From assembly GCF_035084215.1 (NCBI RefSeq), contig NC_090362.1, positions 8,122,001-8,186,000 on the forward strand: DNA of 64,000 nt. The letters run 5' to 3'. A program made the position numbers and the translations under genes. Positions 11,682 through 25,084 of the stretch are shown here, in pieces. Source of the DNA: Heptranchias perlo. Lineage: Eukaryota. The notes below the pieces were generated by a model, which was given only the letters and a program-made list of their open reading frames with translations, was not told the DNA's origin and made no database searches. Each line of letters begins with the position of its first letter. Positions within the stretch are counted from its first letter, which is position 1.

Positions 11682-14600
11682 GCAATACCCGGGATAATAG
11701 GGCAATACCCGGGATAATAGGGCAATACCCAGGATAATAGGGCAATACCCGGGATAATAGGGCAATACCCAGGATAACAGGGCAATACCCGGGATAATAG
11801 GGCAATACCCGGGATAATAGGGCAATACCCAGGATAATAGGGCAATACCCGGGATAATAGGGCAATACCCAGGATAATAGGGCAATACCCAGGATAATAG
11901 GGCAATACCCAGGATAACAGGGCAATACCCGGGATAATAGGGCAATACCCGGGATAATAGGGCAATACCCAGGATAATAGGGCAATACCCAGGATAATAG
12001 GGCAATACCCGGGATAATAGGGCAATACCCAGGATAATAGGGCAATACCCAGGATAACAGGGCAATACCCGGGATAATAGGGCAATACCCGGGATAATAG
12101 GGCAATACCCAGGATAATAGGGCAATACCCGGGATAATAGGGCAATACCCGGGATAATAGGGCAATACCCAGGATAATAGGGCAATACCCGGGATAATAG
12201 GGCAATACCCAGGATAATAGGGCAATACCCGGGATAATAGGGCAATACCCGGGATAATAGGGCAATACCCGGGATAACAGGGCAATACCCGGGATAATAG
12301 GGCAATACCCGGGATAACAGGGCAATACCCGGGATAACAGGGCAATACCCGGGATAATAGGGCAATACCCGGGATAACAGGGCAATACCCGGGATAACAA
12401 GAGAGTACCCGGGATAATAGGGCAATACCCGGGATAATAGGGCAATACCCAGGATAATAGGGCAATACCCAGGATAATAGGGCAATACCCGGGATAATAG
12501 GGCAATACCCAGGATAACAGGGCAATACCCGGGATAATAGGGCAATACCCGGGATAATAGGGCAATACCCAGGATAATAGGGCAATACCCGGGATAATAG
12601 GGCAATACCCAGGATAATAGGGCAATACCCAGGATAATAGGGCAATACCCAGGATAACAGGGCAATACCCGGGATAATAGGGCAATACCCGGGATAATAG
12701 GGCAATACCCAGGATAATAGGGCAATACCCAGGATAATAGGGCAATACCCGGGATAATAGGGCAATACCCAGGATAATAGGGCAATACCCAGGATAACAG
12801 GGCAATACCCGGGATAATAGGGCAATACCCGGGATAATAGGGCAATACCCAGGATAATAGGGCAATACCCGGGATAATAGGGCAATACCCGGGATAATAG
12901 GGCAATACCCAGGATAATAGGGCAATACCCGGGATAATAGGGCAATACCCAGGATAATAGGGCAATACCCGGGATAATAGGGCAATACCCGGGATAATAG
13001 GGCAATACCCGGGATAATAGGGCAATACCCGGGATAACAGGGCAATACCCGGGATAACAGGGCAATACCCGGGATAATAGGGCAATACCCGGGATAACAG
13101 GGCAATACCCGGGATAACAGGGCAATACCCGGGATAACAGGGCAATACCCGGGATAATAGGGCAATACCCGGGATAACAGGGCAATACCCGGGATAACAA
13201 GAGAGTACCCGGGATAATAGGGCAATACCCGGGATAATAGGGCAATACCCAGGATAATAGGGCAATACCCAGGATAATAGGGCAATACCCGGGATAATAG
13301 GGCAATACCCAGGATAATAGGGCAATACCCGGGATAATAGGGCAATACCCAGGATAATAGGGCAATACCCGGGATAATAGGGCAATACCCAGGATAATAG
13401 GGCAATACCCAGGATAATAGGGCAATACCCGGGATAATAGGGCAATACCCAGGATAACAGGGCAATACCCGGGATAATAGGGCAATACCCGGGATAATAG
13501 GGCAATACCCAGGATAATAGGGCAATACCCGGGATAATAGGGCAATACCCAGGATAATAGGGCAATACCCAGGATAATAGGGCAATACCCAGGATAACAG
13601 GGCAATACCCGGGATAATAGGGCAATACCCGGGATAATAGGGCAATACCCAGGATAATAGGGCAATACCCAGGATAATAGGGCAATACCCGGGATAATAG
13701 GGCAATACCCAGGATAATAGGGCAATACCCAGGATAACAGGGCAATACCCGGGATAATAGGGCAATACCCGGGATAATAGGGCAATACCCAGGATAATAG
13801 GGCAATACCCGGGATAATAGGGCAATACCCGGGATAATAGGGCAATACCCAGGATAATAGGGCAATACCCGGGATAATAGGGCAATACCCAGGATAATAG
13901 GGCAATACCCGGGATAATAGGGCAATACCCGGGATAATAGGGCAATACCCGGGATAATAGGGCAATACCCGGGATAACAGGGCAATACCCGGGATAACAG
14001 GGCAATACCCGGGATAATAGGGCAATACCCGGGATAACAGGGCAATACCCGGGATAACAGGGCAATACCCGGGATAACAGGGCAATACCCGGGATAATAG
14101 GGCAATACCCGGGATAACAGGGCAATACCCGGGATAACAAGAGAGTACCCGGGATAATAGGGCAATACCCAGGATAATAGGGCAATACCCGGGACAAGAG
14201 GACAATACCCAGGATAATAGGGCAATACCCGGGATAACAGGGCAATACCCAGGATAACAGGGCAATACCCCGGATAATAGGGCAATACCCAGGATAATAG
14301 GGCAATACCCGGGATAATAGGGCAATACCCAGGATAACAAGAGAGTACCCGGGATAACAGGACAATACCCGGGATAATAGGGCAATACCCGGGATAACAG
14401 GGCAATACCCGGGATAATAGGGCAATACCCGGGACAACAGGGCAATACCCAGGATAATAGGGCAATACCCGGGATAACAGGGCAATACCCGGGATAATAG
14501 GGCAATACCCGGGATAATAGGACAATACCTGGGATAATAGGACAATACCCAGGATAATAGGGCAATATCCAGGATAATAGGGCAATACCTGGGATAACAG

Positions 14601-17600
14601 GGCAATACCCAGGATAATAGGGCAATACCCAGGATAATAGGGCAATACCCGGGATAATAGGGCAATACCCAGGATAATAGGGCAATACCCAGGATAATAG
14701 GGCAATACCCGGGATAATAGGGCAATACCCGGGATAACGGCAATACCCGGGACAAGAGGACAATACCCGGGATAACAGGGCAATACCCAGGATAATAGGG
14801 CAATACCCAGGATAATAGGGCAATACCCGGGATAATAGGGCAATACCCAGGATAATAGGGCAATACCCGGGACAAGAGGACAATACCCGGGATAACAGGG
14901 CAATACCCGGGATAACAGGACAATACCCGGGATAATAGGGCAATACCCAGGATAATAGGGCAATACCCAGGATAATAGGGCAATACCCGGGATAACAGGG
15001 CAATACCCAGGATAACAGGGCAATACCCAGGATAATAGGGCAATACCCGGGATAATAGGGCAATACCCAGGATAACAAGAGAGTACCCGGGATAATAGGG
15101 CAATACCCAGGATAATAGGGCAATACCCGGGACAAGAGGACAATACCCAGGATAATAGCGCAATACCCGGGATAACAGGGCAATACCCAGGATAACAGGG
15201 CAATACCCCGGATAATAGGGCAATACCCAGGATAATAGGGCAATACCCGGGATAATAGGGCAATACCCAGGATAACAAGAGAGTACCCGGGATAACAGGA
15301 CAATACCCGGGATAATAGGGCAATACCCGGGATAACAGGGCAATACCCGGGATAATAGGGCAATACCCGGGACAACAGGGCAATACCCAGGATAATAGGG
15401 CAATACCCGGGATAACAGGGCAATACCCGGGATAATAGGGCAATACCCGGGATAATAGGACAATACCTGGGATAATAGGGCAATACCCAGGATAATAGGA
15501 CAATACCCGGGATAATAGGGCAATACCCGGGATAATAGGGCAATACCCAGGATAATAGGGCAATACCCGGGATAACAGGACAACACCCGGGATAATAGGG
15601 CAATACCCAGGATAACAGGGCAATACCCGGGACAATAGGGCAATACCCAGGATAATAGGGCAATACCCGGGATAATAGGGCAATACCCAGGATAACAGGA
15701 CAATACCCGGGATAACAGGACAATACCCGGGATAACAGGACAATACCCGGGATAACAGGGCAATACCCGGGATAATAGGGCAATACCCGGGACAACAGGG
15801 CAATACCCAGGATAATAGGGCAATACCCGGGATAATAGGGCAATACCCGGGATAATAGGGCAATACCCGGGATAACAGGGCAATACCCAGGATAATAGGA
15901 CAATACCCAGGATAATAGGGCAATATCCAGGATAATAGGGCAATACCCGGGATAACAGGGCAATACCCAGGATAATAGGGCAATATCCAGGATAATAGGG
16001 CAATACCCGGGATAACAGGGCAATACCCAGGATAATAGGGCAATACCCGGGATAATAGGGCAATACCCGGGATAACAGGACAATACCCAGGATAACAGGG
16101 AAATACCCAGGATAATAGGGCAATACCCGGGATAACAGGACAATACCCGGGATAACAGGGCAATACCCGGGATAATAGGGCAATACCCGGGACAACAGGA
16201 CAATACCCGGGATAACAGGGCAATACCCGGGACAACAGGACAATACCCGGGATAACAGGGCAATACCCGGGACAACAGGACAATACCCGGGAAAATAGGG
16301 CAATACCCGGGACAACAGGACAATACCTGGGATAACAGGGCAATACCCGGGATAATAGGGCAATACCCGGGACAACAGGACAATACCCGGGATAACAGGG
16401 CAATACCCGGGATAATAGGGCAATACCCAGGACAACAGGACAATACCCGGGATAACCGGGCAATACCCGGGCAATACCCGGGATAACAGGGCAATACCCG
16501 GGATAATAGGACAATACCCGGGACAACAGGGCAATACCCGGGATAATAGGACAATACCCGGGATAACAGTACAATACCCGGGACAACAGGGCAATACCCG
16601 GGACAACAGGGCAATACCCGGAATACAGGACAATACCCGGGACAACAGGGCAATACCCAGGACAACAGGGCAATACCCGGGATAACAGGACAATACCCGG
16701 GACAACAGGGCAATACCCGGGATAACAGGACAATACCCGGGACAACAGGGCAATACCCGGGACAACAGGACAATACCCGGGATAACAGGACAATACCCGG
16801 GACAACAGGGCAATACCCGGGATAACAGGACAATACCCGGGACAACAGGGCAATACCCGGGATAACAGGACAATACCCGGGACAACAGGGCAATACCCAG
16901 GATAATAGGGCAATACCCGGGATAATAGGGCAATACCCGGGATAACAGGACAATACCCAGGATAACAGGGAAATACCCAGGATAATAGGGCAATACCCGG
17001 GATAACAGGACAATACCCGGGATAACAGGGCAATACCCGGGATAATAGGGCAATACCCGGGACAACAGGACAATACCCGGGATAACAGGGCAATACCCGG
17101 GACAACAGGACAATACCCGGGATAACAGGGCAATACCCGGGACAACAGGACAATACCCGGGAAAATAGGGCAATACCCGGGACAACAGGACAATACCTGG
17201 GATAACAGGGCAATACCCGGGATAATAGGGCAATACCCGGGACAACAGGACAATACCCGGGATAACAGGGCAATACCCGGGATAATAGGGCAATACCCAG
17301 GACAACAGGACAATACCCGGGATAACCGGGCAATACCCGGGCAATACCCGGGATAACAGGGCAATACCCGGGATAATAGGACAATACCCGGGACAACAGG
17401 GCAATACCCGGGATAATAGGACAATACCCGGGATAACAGTACAATACCCGGGACAACAGGGCAATACCCGGGACAACAGGGCAATACCCGGAATACAGGA
17501 CAATACCCGGGACAACAGGGCAATACCCAGGACAACAGGGCAATACCCGGGATAACAGGACAATACCCGGGACAACAGGGCAATACCCGGGATAACAGGA

Positions 17601-17975
17601 CAATACCCGGGACAACAGGGCAATACCCGGGACAACAGGACAATACCCGGGATAACAGGACAATACCCGGGACAACAGGGCAATACCCGGGATAACAGGA
17701 CAATACCCGGGATAATAGGGCAATACCCGGGACAACAGGACAATACCCGGAATACCCGGGACAACAGGGCAATACCCGGGACAACAGGGCAATTCCTGGG
17801 ACAGCAGGACAATACCCGGGACAACAGGACAATACCCGAGACAACAGGGCAATTCCTGGGACAGCAGGACAATACCCGGGACAACAGGGCAATTCCTGGG
17901 ACAGCAGGACAATACCCGGGACAACAGGACAATACCCGGGACAACAGGGCAATTCCTGAGACAGCAGGACAATAC
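11682..17975. repeat. Minisatellite/satellite array, 20-bp unit GGGCAATACCC(G/A)GGATAA(T/C)A, about 315 units, with higher-order duplications
   Basis: Directly visible periodicity; homogeneous on the left, increasingly diverged on the right. Confidence 0.99.
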
Positions 17976-19603
17976 ATAGAATTTACAGCACAGAATCAGG
18001 CCATTCGGCCCAAAAGATCCAAGCTGGTGTTTATGCTCCACACGCGCCTTCTCCCTTCCTACCTCATCTAACCCTATCAGCATATCCTTCTATTCCCTTC
18101 TCCCTCATGTGTTTATCCAGCTCCCCCTTAAATGCAGCTATACTAGTCGCCTCAACTACTCCTTGTGGTAGTGAGTTCCACATCCTCAATACTCTCTGGG
18201 TAAAGAAGTTTCTACTTAATTCCCTATTTGATTTATTAGTGATTATCTTATATTTATGGCCCCTAGCTCTGGTCTCCCCCACAAGTGGAAACATCTTCTC
18301 TACTTCTACCCTATCAAACCCTTTCATAATCTTAAAGATCTCTACCAGGTCACCCCTCAGTCTTTTTTTTAATAGAAAAGAGCCCCAGCCTGCTCAATCT
18401 TTCCTGATAGGTAAACCCTCGGTTCTGGTATCATCCCAGTAAATCTTTTTTGCACCTTCTCCATTGCCTCTATATCCTTTTTCTAATATAGAGACCAGAA
18501 CTGTTCACAGTACTCCAGTGTGGTCTAACCAAAGTTCTACACAAGTTTAACATAACTTCTCTGCTTTTCAATTCTAAATGAACCCCAGCGCTTGGTTTGT
18601 TTTTTTTATTTCTTAATGTCTTCCTGTATTTTGTCGCGGTCCTCCTCTGCATTAACTATACCCCCCAATTTGGTGTCGTCCACAAATTTTGAAATTGTAC
18701 TTGGGAATCCGAAGTAACATTTCAATATTTGCGGAGTCCAAATCATTTATGTAAATGGTAAAATAACAGTGGTCCCAGCACCGATCCTTGTGGAACACTA
18801 CTTCCCATCTTTTGCCAGGCTGAGTAAATACCCTACTCTCTGTTTTCTGTTTTGTAGCCAGCTTGCTATCCATTCTTGCAAATGGAATATTGGCCTTTAT
18901 TTCTAGGGGGATGGAGTATAAAAGCATGGAAGTCATGCTGCAACTGTACAGGGTGCTGGTGAGACCACTCTTGGAGTACTGCATACAGTTCTGGTGCCCT
19001 TATTTAAGGAAGGACATACTTGCATTGGAGGCAATTCAGAGAAGGTTCACTAGGTTGATTCCAGGTATGGAAGGGTTGCCTTATGAGGAAAGATCGAACA
19101 GGTTGAGTCTATACTCATTGGAGATTAGAAGAATGAGAGGAGATCTTATTGAAACATACAAGATTCGATAGGGTAGATGCTGAGAGGATGTTACCCCTCA
19201 TGGGGGCATTGTCTCAGAATAAGGGGTCGCCCGTTTAAGACGGAAATGAGGAGGAATTTCTTCTCCCAGAGGGTGGTGAATCTTTGAAATTCTTTACCCC
19301 AAAAAGCTGTAGAGGCCGAGTCATTGAATACATTCAAGGCTGAGTTAGACAAATTTTTGATCAGCAAGGGAGTCAAAGGATATGGGGAAAGGGCGGGAAA
19401 GTGGAGTTGAGGTAAAAATTAGATCAGCCATGATCTCATTAAATGGTGGAGCAGGCTCGAGGGGCCGAATGGCCTACTCCTGCTCCTATCTCTTATGGTC
19501 TTATGGTTATTCTGCTACTTGTTCCCTGTCTCCACATGCTCTGACCTTAGTCATGAGTCTACTATGCGGTACCTTATCGAAGGCCTTTTGAAAATCCAAA
19601 TAT
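17976..19603 (-). mobile_element. CR1 LINE fragment inserted in the end of the satellite, itself interrupted at 18877-19508
   Basis: ORF 18064-18327 ...TRARGHKYKI...NFFTQRVLRMWNSLP; element resumes at 19509 with FQKAFDKVPHSRL on the minus strand. Confidence 0.85.
18877..19508 (+). mobile_element. CR1 LINE 3' fragment nested in another CR1
   Basis: ORF 18863-19171 ANGILAFISRG...LVRPLLEYCIQFWCP...RGDLIETYKI; flanked by duplicated ATTCT (18872-18876 and 19509-19513). Confidence 0.88.
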
Positions 19604-19664
19604 AATACCCGGGACAATAGGGCAATACCTTGGAAAACAGGACAATACCTGGGGCAGCATGGAC
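19604..19664. repeat. Degenerate terminal remnant of the 20-bp satellite (about 3 units)
   Basis: aatacccgggacaatagggcaataccttggaaaacaggacaatacctgggg. Confidence 0.85.
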
Positions 19665-20379
19665 ATAATTTCAACACGGTGTCCTGGCCAATATGTATCC
19701 CTCAATCACCATCGCTATTTGTGGGAGCTTGCTGTGCAATAATTGGCTGCCGCACTTCCTTCACTACAACAGTGACTACACTTCAAAAGTACTTCATAGG
19801 CTGTAAAGCGCTTTGGGGTGTACTGAGGTTGTGAAAGGCGCTATATAAATGCAAGTTTTTTTCTTTATAGTTGACTCTTAATGCCCTCTGAAGTGGCCCA
19901 GCAGGCCACACAGTTGCAAAACACTCGCTGTTCAATAAGAAGACCCACTATCGAAGGGCCTGGAAGGACAGGCAATAAATGCAGCCTTGCCAGTGTCATT
20001 CGCATCCTGCAACAAATAATAAAGAACAAAAGAGGCCAGTGAATCCAATCATTCAAACGACACTCTTCTTGTCTTGGGTCAAAGCCAAGTTGACTTTTAA
20101 TCCCTTGGAGGTCCCTGGTTGCTGTAGTGGTATTCTAAACAGACTTGCAACCGTTGCAAAAAAAAAGTTCAACTGGTACCATAGAAACAGACAATTGATC
20201 CAATCCAGTGGCTCGGTCTTACCTCAAGCAGTGAAAGATGAAGATCTCCTCTGTGTCCTAGTGCCGCTTGTGTACAACGTCTAGACTCTGCTGCCAGGCA
20301 GACAATGCTGCAGAGTCTAGGTGCACAGCACTGCTGAAAAGGAAAACTATGAACACCGGAAATCTGGAATAAAACAAAA

Positions 20380-20770
20380 ACAACAACTTGCATTTATAAA
20401 GCGCCTTTAACGTGATAAAACGTCCCAGGGTGCTTCGCAGGAGCGATTATCAAACAAAAAATTGATACCGAGCCAAAGAAGGAGATATTAGGACAGGTGA
20501 CCAAATGCTTGGTCAAAGAGGTCGGTTTTAAGCCGAGTCTTAAAGGAAGAGAGAGAGGTGGAGAGGCAAAGCGGTTTGTGGAGGGAATTCCACAAGCTTA
20601 GGTCCTGGACGGCTGAACCCACGGCCGCCAATTGTGGGACAATGAAAGTGGAGGAAGGTCAAGAGGCCATAGTTGGAGGAATGCAGAGTTCTCAGAGATT
20701 TGCAGAGCTGGAGGAGCTTAGAGAGATAGGGAGGGGCGAGGGCATGGAGGGATTTGAACATGAGGATGAG
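20380..20770 (-). mobile_element. L2 LINE 3' fragment
   Basis: ILILMFKSLHALAPPYLS...GGRGFS; tail is the reverse complement of aaaggcgct...aaatgcaagttgttg. Confidence 0.8.
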
Positions 20771-21212
20771 AATGTAGGCAAGTGTGAGGTCATCCACTTT
20801 GGCCCTAAAAAGGATAGATCAGGCTACTTTCTAAATGGTGAAAAGCTCGAAACAGTGGAGGTCCAAGAGACTTGGGGGTCCATGTACATAGATCATTAAA
20901 ATGTCATGGATAAGTACAGAAAATAATCAAAAAGCTAATGGAATGCTGACCTTTATATCTAGAAGACTAGAAAACAAGGGGGTAGAAGTTATGCTACAGC
21001 TATACAAAGCCCTGGTTAGACCACACCTGGTATACTGTGTTCAGTTCTGGGCACTGCACCTTAGGAAGGATATATTGGCCTTGGGGGGAGTGCAACGTAG
21101 ATTTACTAGAATGATACCTGGAGTCCAAGGGTTAAATTATGAGGAGAGATTACGCAAACTAAGGTTGCATTCCCTGGAATTTAGAAGATTAAGGGATTAT
21201 TTGATTGAAGTG
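20771..21212 (+). mobile_element. CR1 ORF2 fragment
   Basis: NVGKCEVIHFG...KANGMLTFISR...LVRPHLVYCVQFW. Confidence 0.85.
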
Positions 21213-21754
21213 TCAAATCTATTCGTTCATTCGTGCAACCTGCCTTTCCACAAAGTCTTACTTCCCATTGACATTTTTTGTCTTGCTTTTATGTAAACTT
21301 GCTCCATTATAAATTCCAATATCCACGCTTATAATGGAAACTCCCTATGTAAACGTGTCACGCTGTAATTGCACTTTCCCACCAGTGATGGCACTGTAAT
21401 GCCTCAGTTTTACGTCTCCCAGCTCAGCCAGTACTGCGGAGAAACTCCTGCGTTCCAACAAACTCTACTTCTCTGCTTCCCAAATTGTCATAGTTTTGCA
21501 ATTTAACTATAAATAATAATATAAATTAAAGTATTATCTAAAAATAAGGACAGAACTTAGGACTTTAAAATGCTTATTGAAATATGTTTGCAAGCCCTGG
21601 CCCAATTATTTCCCACCATCTAACGTCCCCTTCGGCTGAGGACTACATTTGATGTTCATTCCTTATGTGCAATGTCACGGACAATTGAATAGTTTTTACG
21701 ATTAACCCAGGACGTTCCTGACAGAGGGACATTTTCACTATATTTTTGTCGTGA

Positions 21755-22312
21755 AACCTTCATCCATGCTTTTGTTACGCTCCAATGCTCTCCTGGCCTC
21801 CTAGCTTCCACCTCCGTAAACTTCAGCTCATCCAAAACTCTGTTGCCCGTATCCTTACCCGCAACAAGTCAAGTTCAAACATCATCCCTGTGCTCGCTGA
21901 CCTACATTGGCTTCCGGTCCGGCAATGCCTCAAAGTTAAAATTCTCATCCTAGTGTTCAAATCCCTCCATGGCCTCGTTCCTCCCTATCTCTGTAACCTC
22001 CTCCAGCCCTACACCTTCTGCGATCTCTGCGTTCCTCCAATTCTGGCCTCTTGTACATTCCCAATTTCCATCGCCCCACTATTAGAGGCCGTGCCTTCAG
22101 CTGCCTAGGCCCTAAGCTCTGGAATTCCCTCCCTAAACCTCTCTACCTCTCTCTCCTCCTTTAAGATGCTCCTAAAAACCAACCTCTTTGACTAAACCTG
22201 TCTTAATATCTCTTTATGTTGCTCGGGGTCAGTTTTTGTCTGATAATCGCTCCTGTGAAGCACTTTGGGACATTTTACTATGTTAAAGGTGCCACAAAAA
22301 TGTAAGTTGTTA
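21755..22312 (+). mobile_element. L2 LINE 3' fragment
   Basis: LRKLQLIQNSVARILT...LADLHWLPVRQCLKVKILILVFKSLHGLVPPYL. Confidence 0.88.
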
Positions 22313-24011
22313 TTGGTACAGAAGATGAAGGTTCAATGGAGACAGAAAGGAAAATGGCTGGAGCAATATGGAATTTTAATTTGAAATCTCTGAAGCCCCA
22401 TAGCATGAATCATAGAATCATAGAAAATTTACGGTACAGAAGGAGGCCATTCGGCCCATCGTGTCCGCGCCGGCCGAAAATGAGCCACCCAGCCTAATCC
22501 CACTTTCCAGCACTTGGTCCGTAGCCTTGTAGGTTACGGCACTTCAAGTGCATATCCCAGTACTTTTTAAATGCGATGAGAGTTTCTGCCTCTACCTCCC
22601 TTTCAGGCAGTGAGTTCCAGATCCCCACCACCCCACCATGAACTAAGTTGATCTCCACAGTTGGCCCAACCAGGTGATGTGGACATCATTGGTTGGGCTA
22701 TGGCAGTAAGAGGAGGAAAAAATGGGCTATGATCCTTTTCCATAATCTCAAGCACCTTCCAGGGTGGGCGGGAGAGGAATTGGAGAGAAAGCATTTGTGG
22801 AGATGCCTGTGAGGTGGAACACCCTGCTCTTCCTGAGTATAAAATTTAAAGCAGATGGAGGGGAGTGTTGGTGAGGAGAAAGTAGGTAACAAAATTAAAC
22901 AAATAATGTGTTGTTAGCAATAAGCCCTTTTACATTTATCAGCAAGCTCTTTGTTCCAAGACTTGGGCGGTCCAGTATTTCTTTGTAATTTCCATCCAGT
23001 TTCCCAGTCCCCACTCTGCATCTCGTGCCTTACTACGAGGTGCCACATATATTATAGCAACCATATTCTGTTCCACCCTGTCACTTTACAATCAATGGAC
23101 TTTGCTCTCTCCATTTTCCTCTGGTTACCAAACATCCTCTATAAGGGGAGAATAGACAACAGACTTCTCCATGGAAGCCATTAATTTCATCTAATGACTA
23201 ACCACAGGACATATTAGAGTGAATAGGATGTCAGTTTTTCTTTCTCCTTTCCCCTTTGCCTGAGGTAGATTTCTTTACATGATGTTTCAGCTATCAAGAC
23301 TGATAAAAATGGACACAAGTCTTGCGATTGAGGTAGCTCATGGTTGGGATTCAAGTGTTCAACTAAATGAGCAAGGTTTATGGCAGAACCCAGTGTATGC
23401 ACCCTTTGTGTTTCTGACATAACCCACTGTGTTTCCTCGATGTATGTTTGGACAAGTATGACCATCGGGATCCAAGCCCCGAGATTCCGCTCCCTTCTGG
23501 GGTGAAATTCTAGTGCAGAATCAGCAGAGGCACCAGAATTTGGAGTGTAACTCAGATCTGTCATTTGACAGCAGGCATGGTATAGTCTTTCGGGAGGGGA
23601 GGGCATTTCCTCTGCCCGCACTCCCTATCTGCTGGTAGCAGTTTGGGGGGGGGGGTGCGAGGTGCGGTAGGTGGGGTGAGGCTCAGTGGGGGTTTGGGTT
23701 ACCCAGGAATCCTTTGATAGGCCCAGCGATACCTACATCTGCTTTATTCTAACTGCACTCTTTGTCCTGACCACGCCTTTGGCTCCCAATGGCAGGATGC
23801 CACTCCCAGATTCTGTTGTGCGCGTGCAATGCAGTCACTGGAAATTTGCACCCACCTGCAAATAAAGTTAGGCACAGAGAGGCACTAGGACCCAGGAGAA
23901 GTGGCTCCATCCGTGGTGGTGTTCCAACTCACTGGGCAGCACATCTATTCTGAACTACTTAGTAACTCAACACTCCAGGATCACATTCACATCTCTGGAC
24001 ATTAGAGTAAA

Positions 24012-24104
24012 ATGCACCGAGCTTATCAACCCATCGTGCCAACCAGCAATAAGTATCTGCAGCAGAAGTGGGACAAGGACGATTACCAAAAGCACAGGAC
24101 AAAG
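24012..24104 (+). CDS. CFAP97D2: CFAP97D2-like, coding exon 1 (MHRAYQPIVPTSNKYLQQKWDKDDYQKHRTK)
   Basis: ATG then donor AAG|GTCAGG, phase 0; MHRAYQP..NKYLQQKWD is the typical N-terminus of CFAP97D (KIAA1430/Hemingway domain) proteins. Exact paralogue uncertain. Confidence 0.85.
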
Positions 24105-24364
24105 GTCAGGTGGTGCCGAGCGTAGTAGAAAATATAAATGGAGTATTAAAAATACGTTTCATCTTAAAGTTTTTTTATATCTTGTTACTGGTGTGTTTCT
24201 AAACTCTGTGAATGTTGTTGCATTTATTTATCAGCCCATCTCCCATGACGTTGCTCAGAGTCAGTCTCTGTTGTGTCACAATCATCTTTTCCCCCACTCT
24301 GTCACCCATCATACCCACCCTCGCTCCCTCACAATCCTGTCTCTTGTTCCTCAGTTATTGTTGC

Positions 24365-24695
24365 ACTTCCTCCAGCCCTACAACCCTCCAAGATCTCTGC
24401 GCTCCTCCAATTCTGGCCTCTTGCGCAGCCCCGATTTTCATCGCTCCACCGTTGGCGGCCGTGCCTTCAGCTGCCTAGGCCCTAAGCTCTGGAATTCCCT
24501 CCCTAAACCTCTCCGCCTCTCAACCTCTCTCTCCACCTTTAAGACGCTCCTTAAAACCTACCTCTTTGACCAAGCTTTTGATCATCTGTTCTATCTCCTT
24601 ATGTGGCTCGGTTAAATTTTGTTTGACAACGCTTCTGTGAAGCGCCTTGGGATGTTTTAAGGCTGCCATATAAATGTACGTCGTTGTTGTTGCAT
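24365..24695 (+). mobile_element. L2 LINE 3' fragment
   Basis: LQPYNPPRSLRSS...GGRAFSCLGPKLWNSLP...FKTLLKTYLF. Confidence 0.85.
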
Positions 24696-25084
24696 TATCC
24701 AATTGCTTCTTGTCCTCTCCCTAACCTTCCATCATCTGCTCTACCTTCCCTCGCTCCCCCATAGCCTTTCTCATCTATCTGTTCCGATGACTTGGCTCCC
24801 TATGCCGGCAGCAATCACTTCAGTAAAGCCCAATATGTGCTTTAAATTATTGGCCTAGCGAGCTGGTGAAGGGAGCAGGAAGACCCAAAGAGGAAGGGAA
24901 GTGGGAAGCAGGCAGGAAGACCGGAAAGAATTGGGGCTAATTTTTTGCAGTGGGGGGCAGTAACAGTGGGAAGGTCTGAAGAACGGGAGATGCTTAATAT
25001 TTGGAGCAGTGTCGGGAAGAAAGAGTGGGAAGTTGTCATGAAAGCAGTGGGAGTTAGTGTGTGGAAAAGCCCAGGCCACAGACA

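Noticed and set aside
11149-11737. Gly-rich collagen-like + strand ORFs
   Set aside because: By-product of GC-rich short repeats in the CpG island; no splice structure or ATG context.
11682-17975. CRISPR-like array
   Set aside because: Head-to-tail units with no unique spacers, no cas genes, vertebrate context.
11603-18083. Three overlapping ORFs of more than 2100 aa (YPGYCP/IIPGIAL/LSRVLP repeats)
   Set aside because: Artefact of a 20-bp unit with no stop codons on the minus strand. All three frames cycle through the same peptide and indels do not preserve frame, so there is no evidence of coding.
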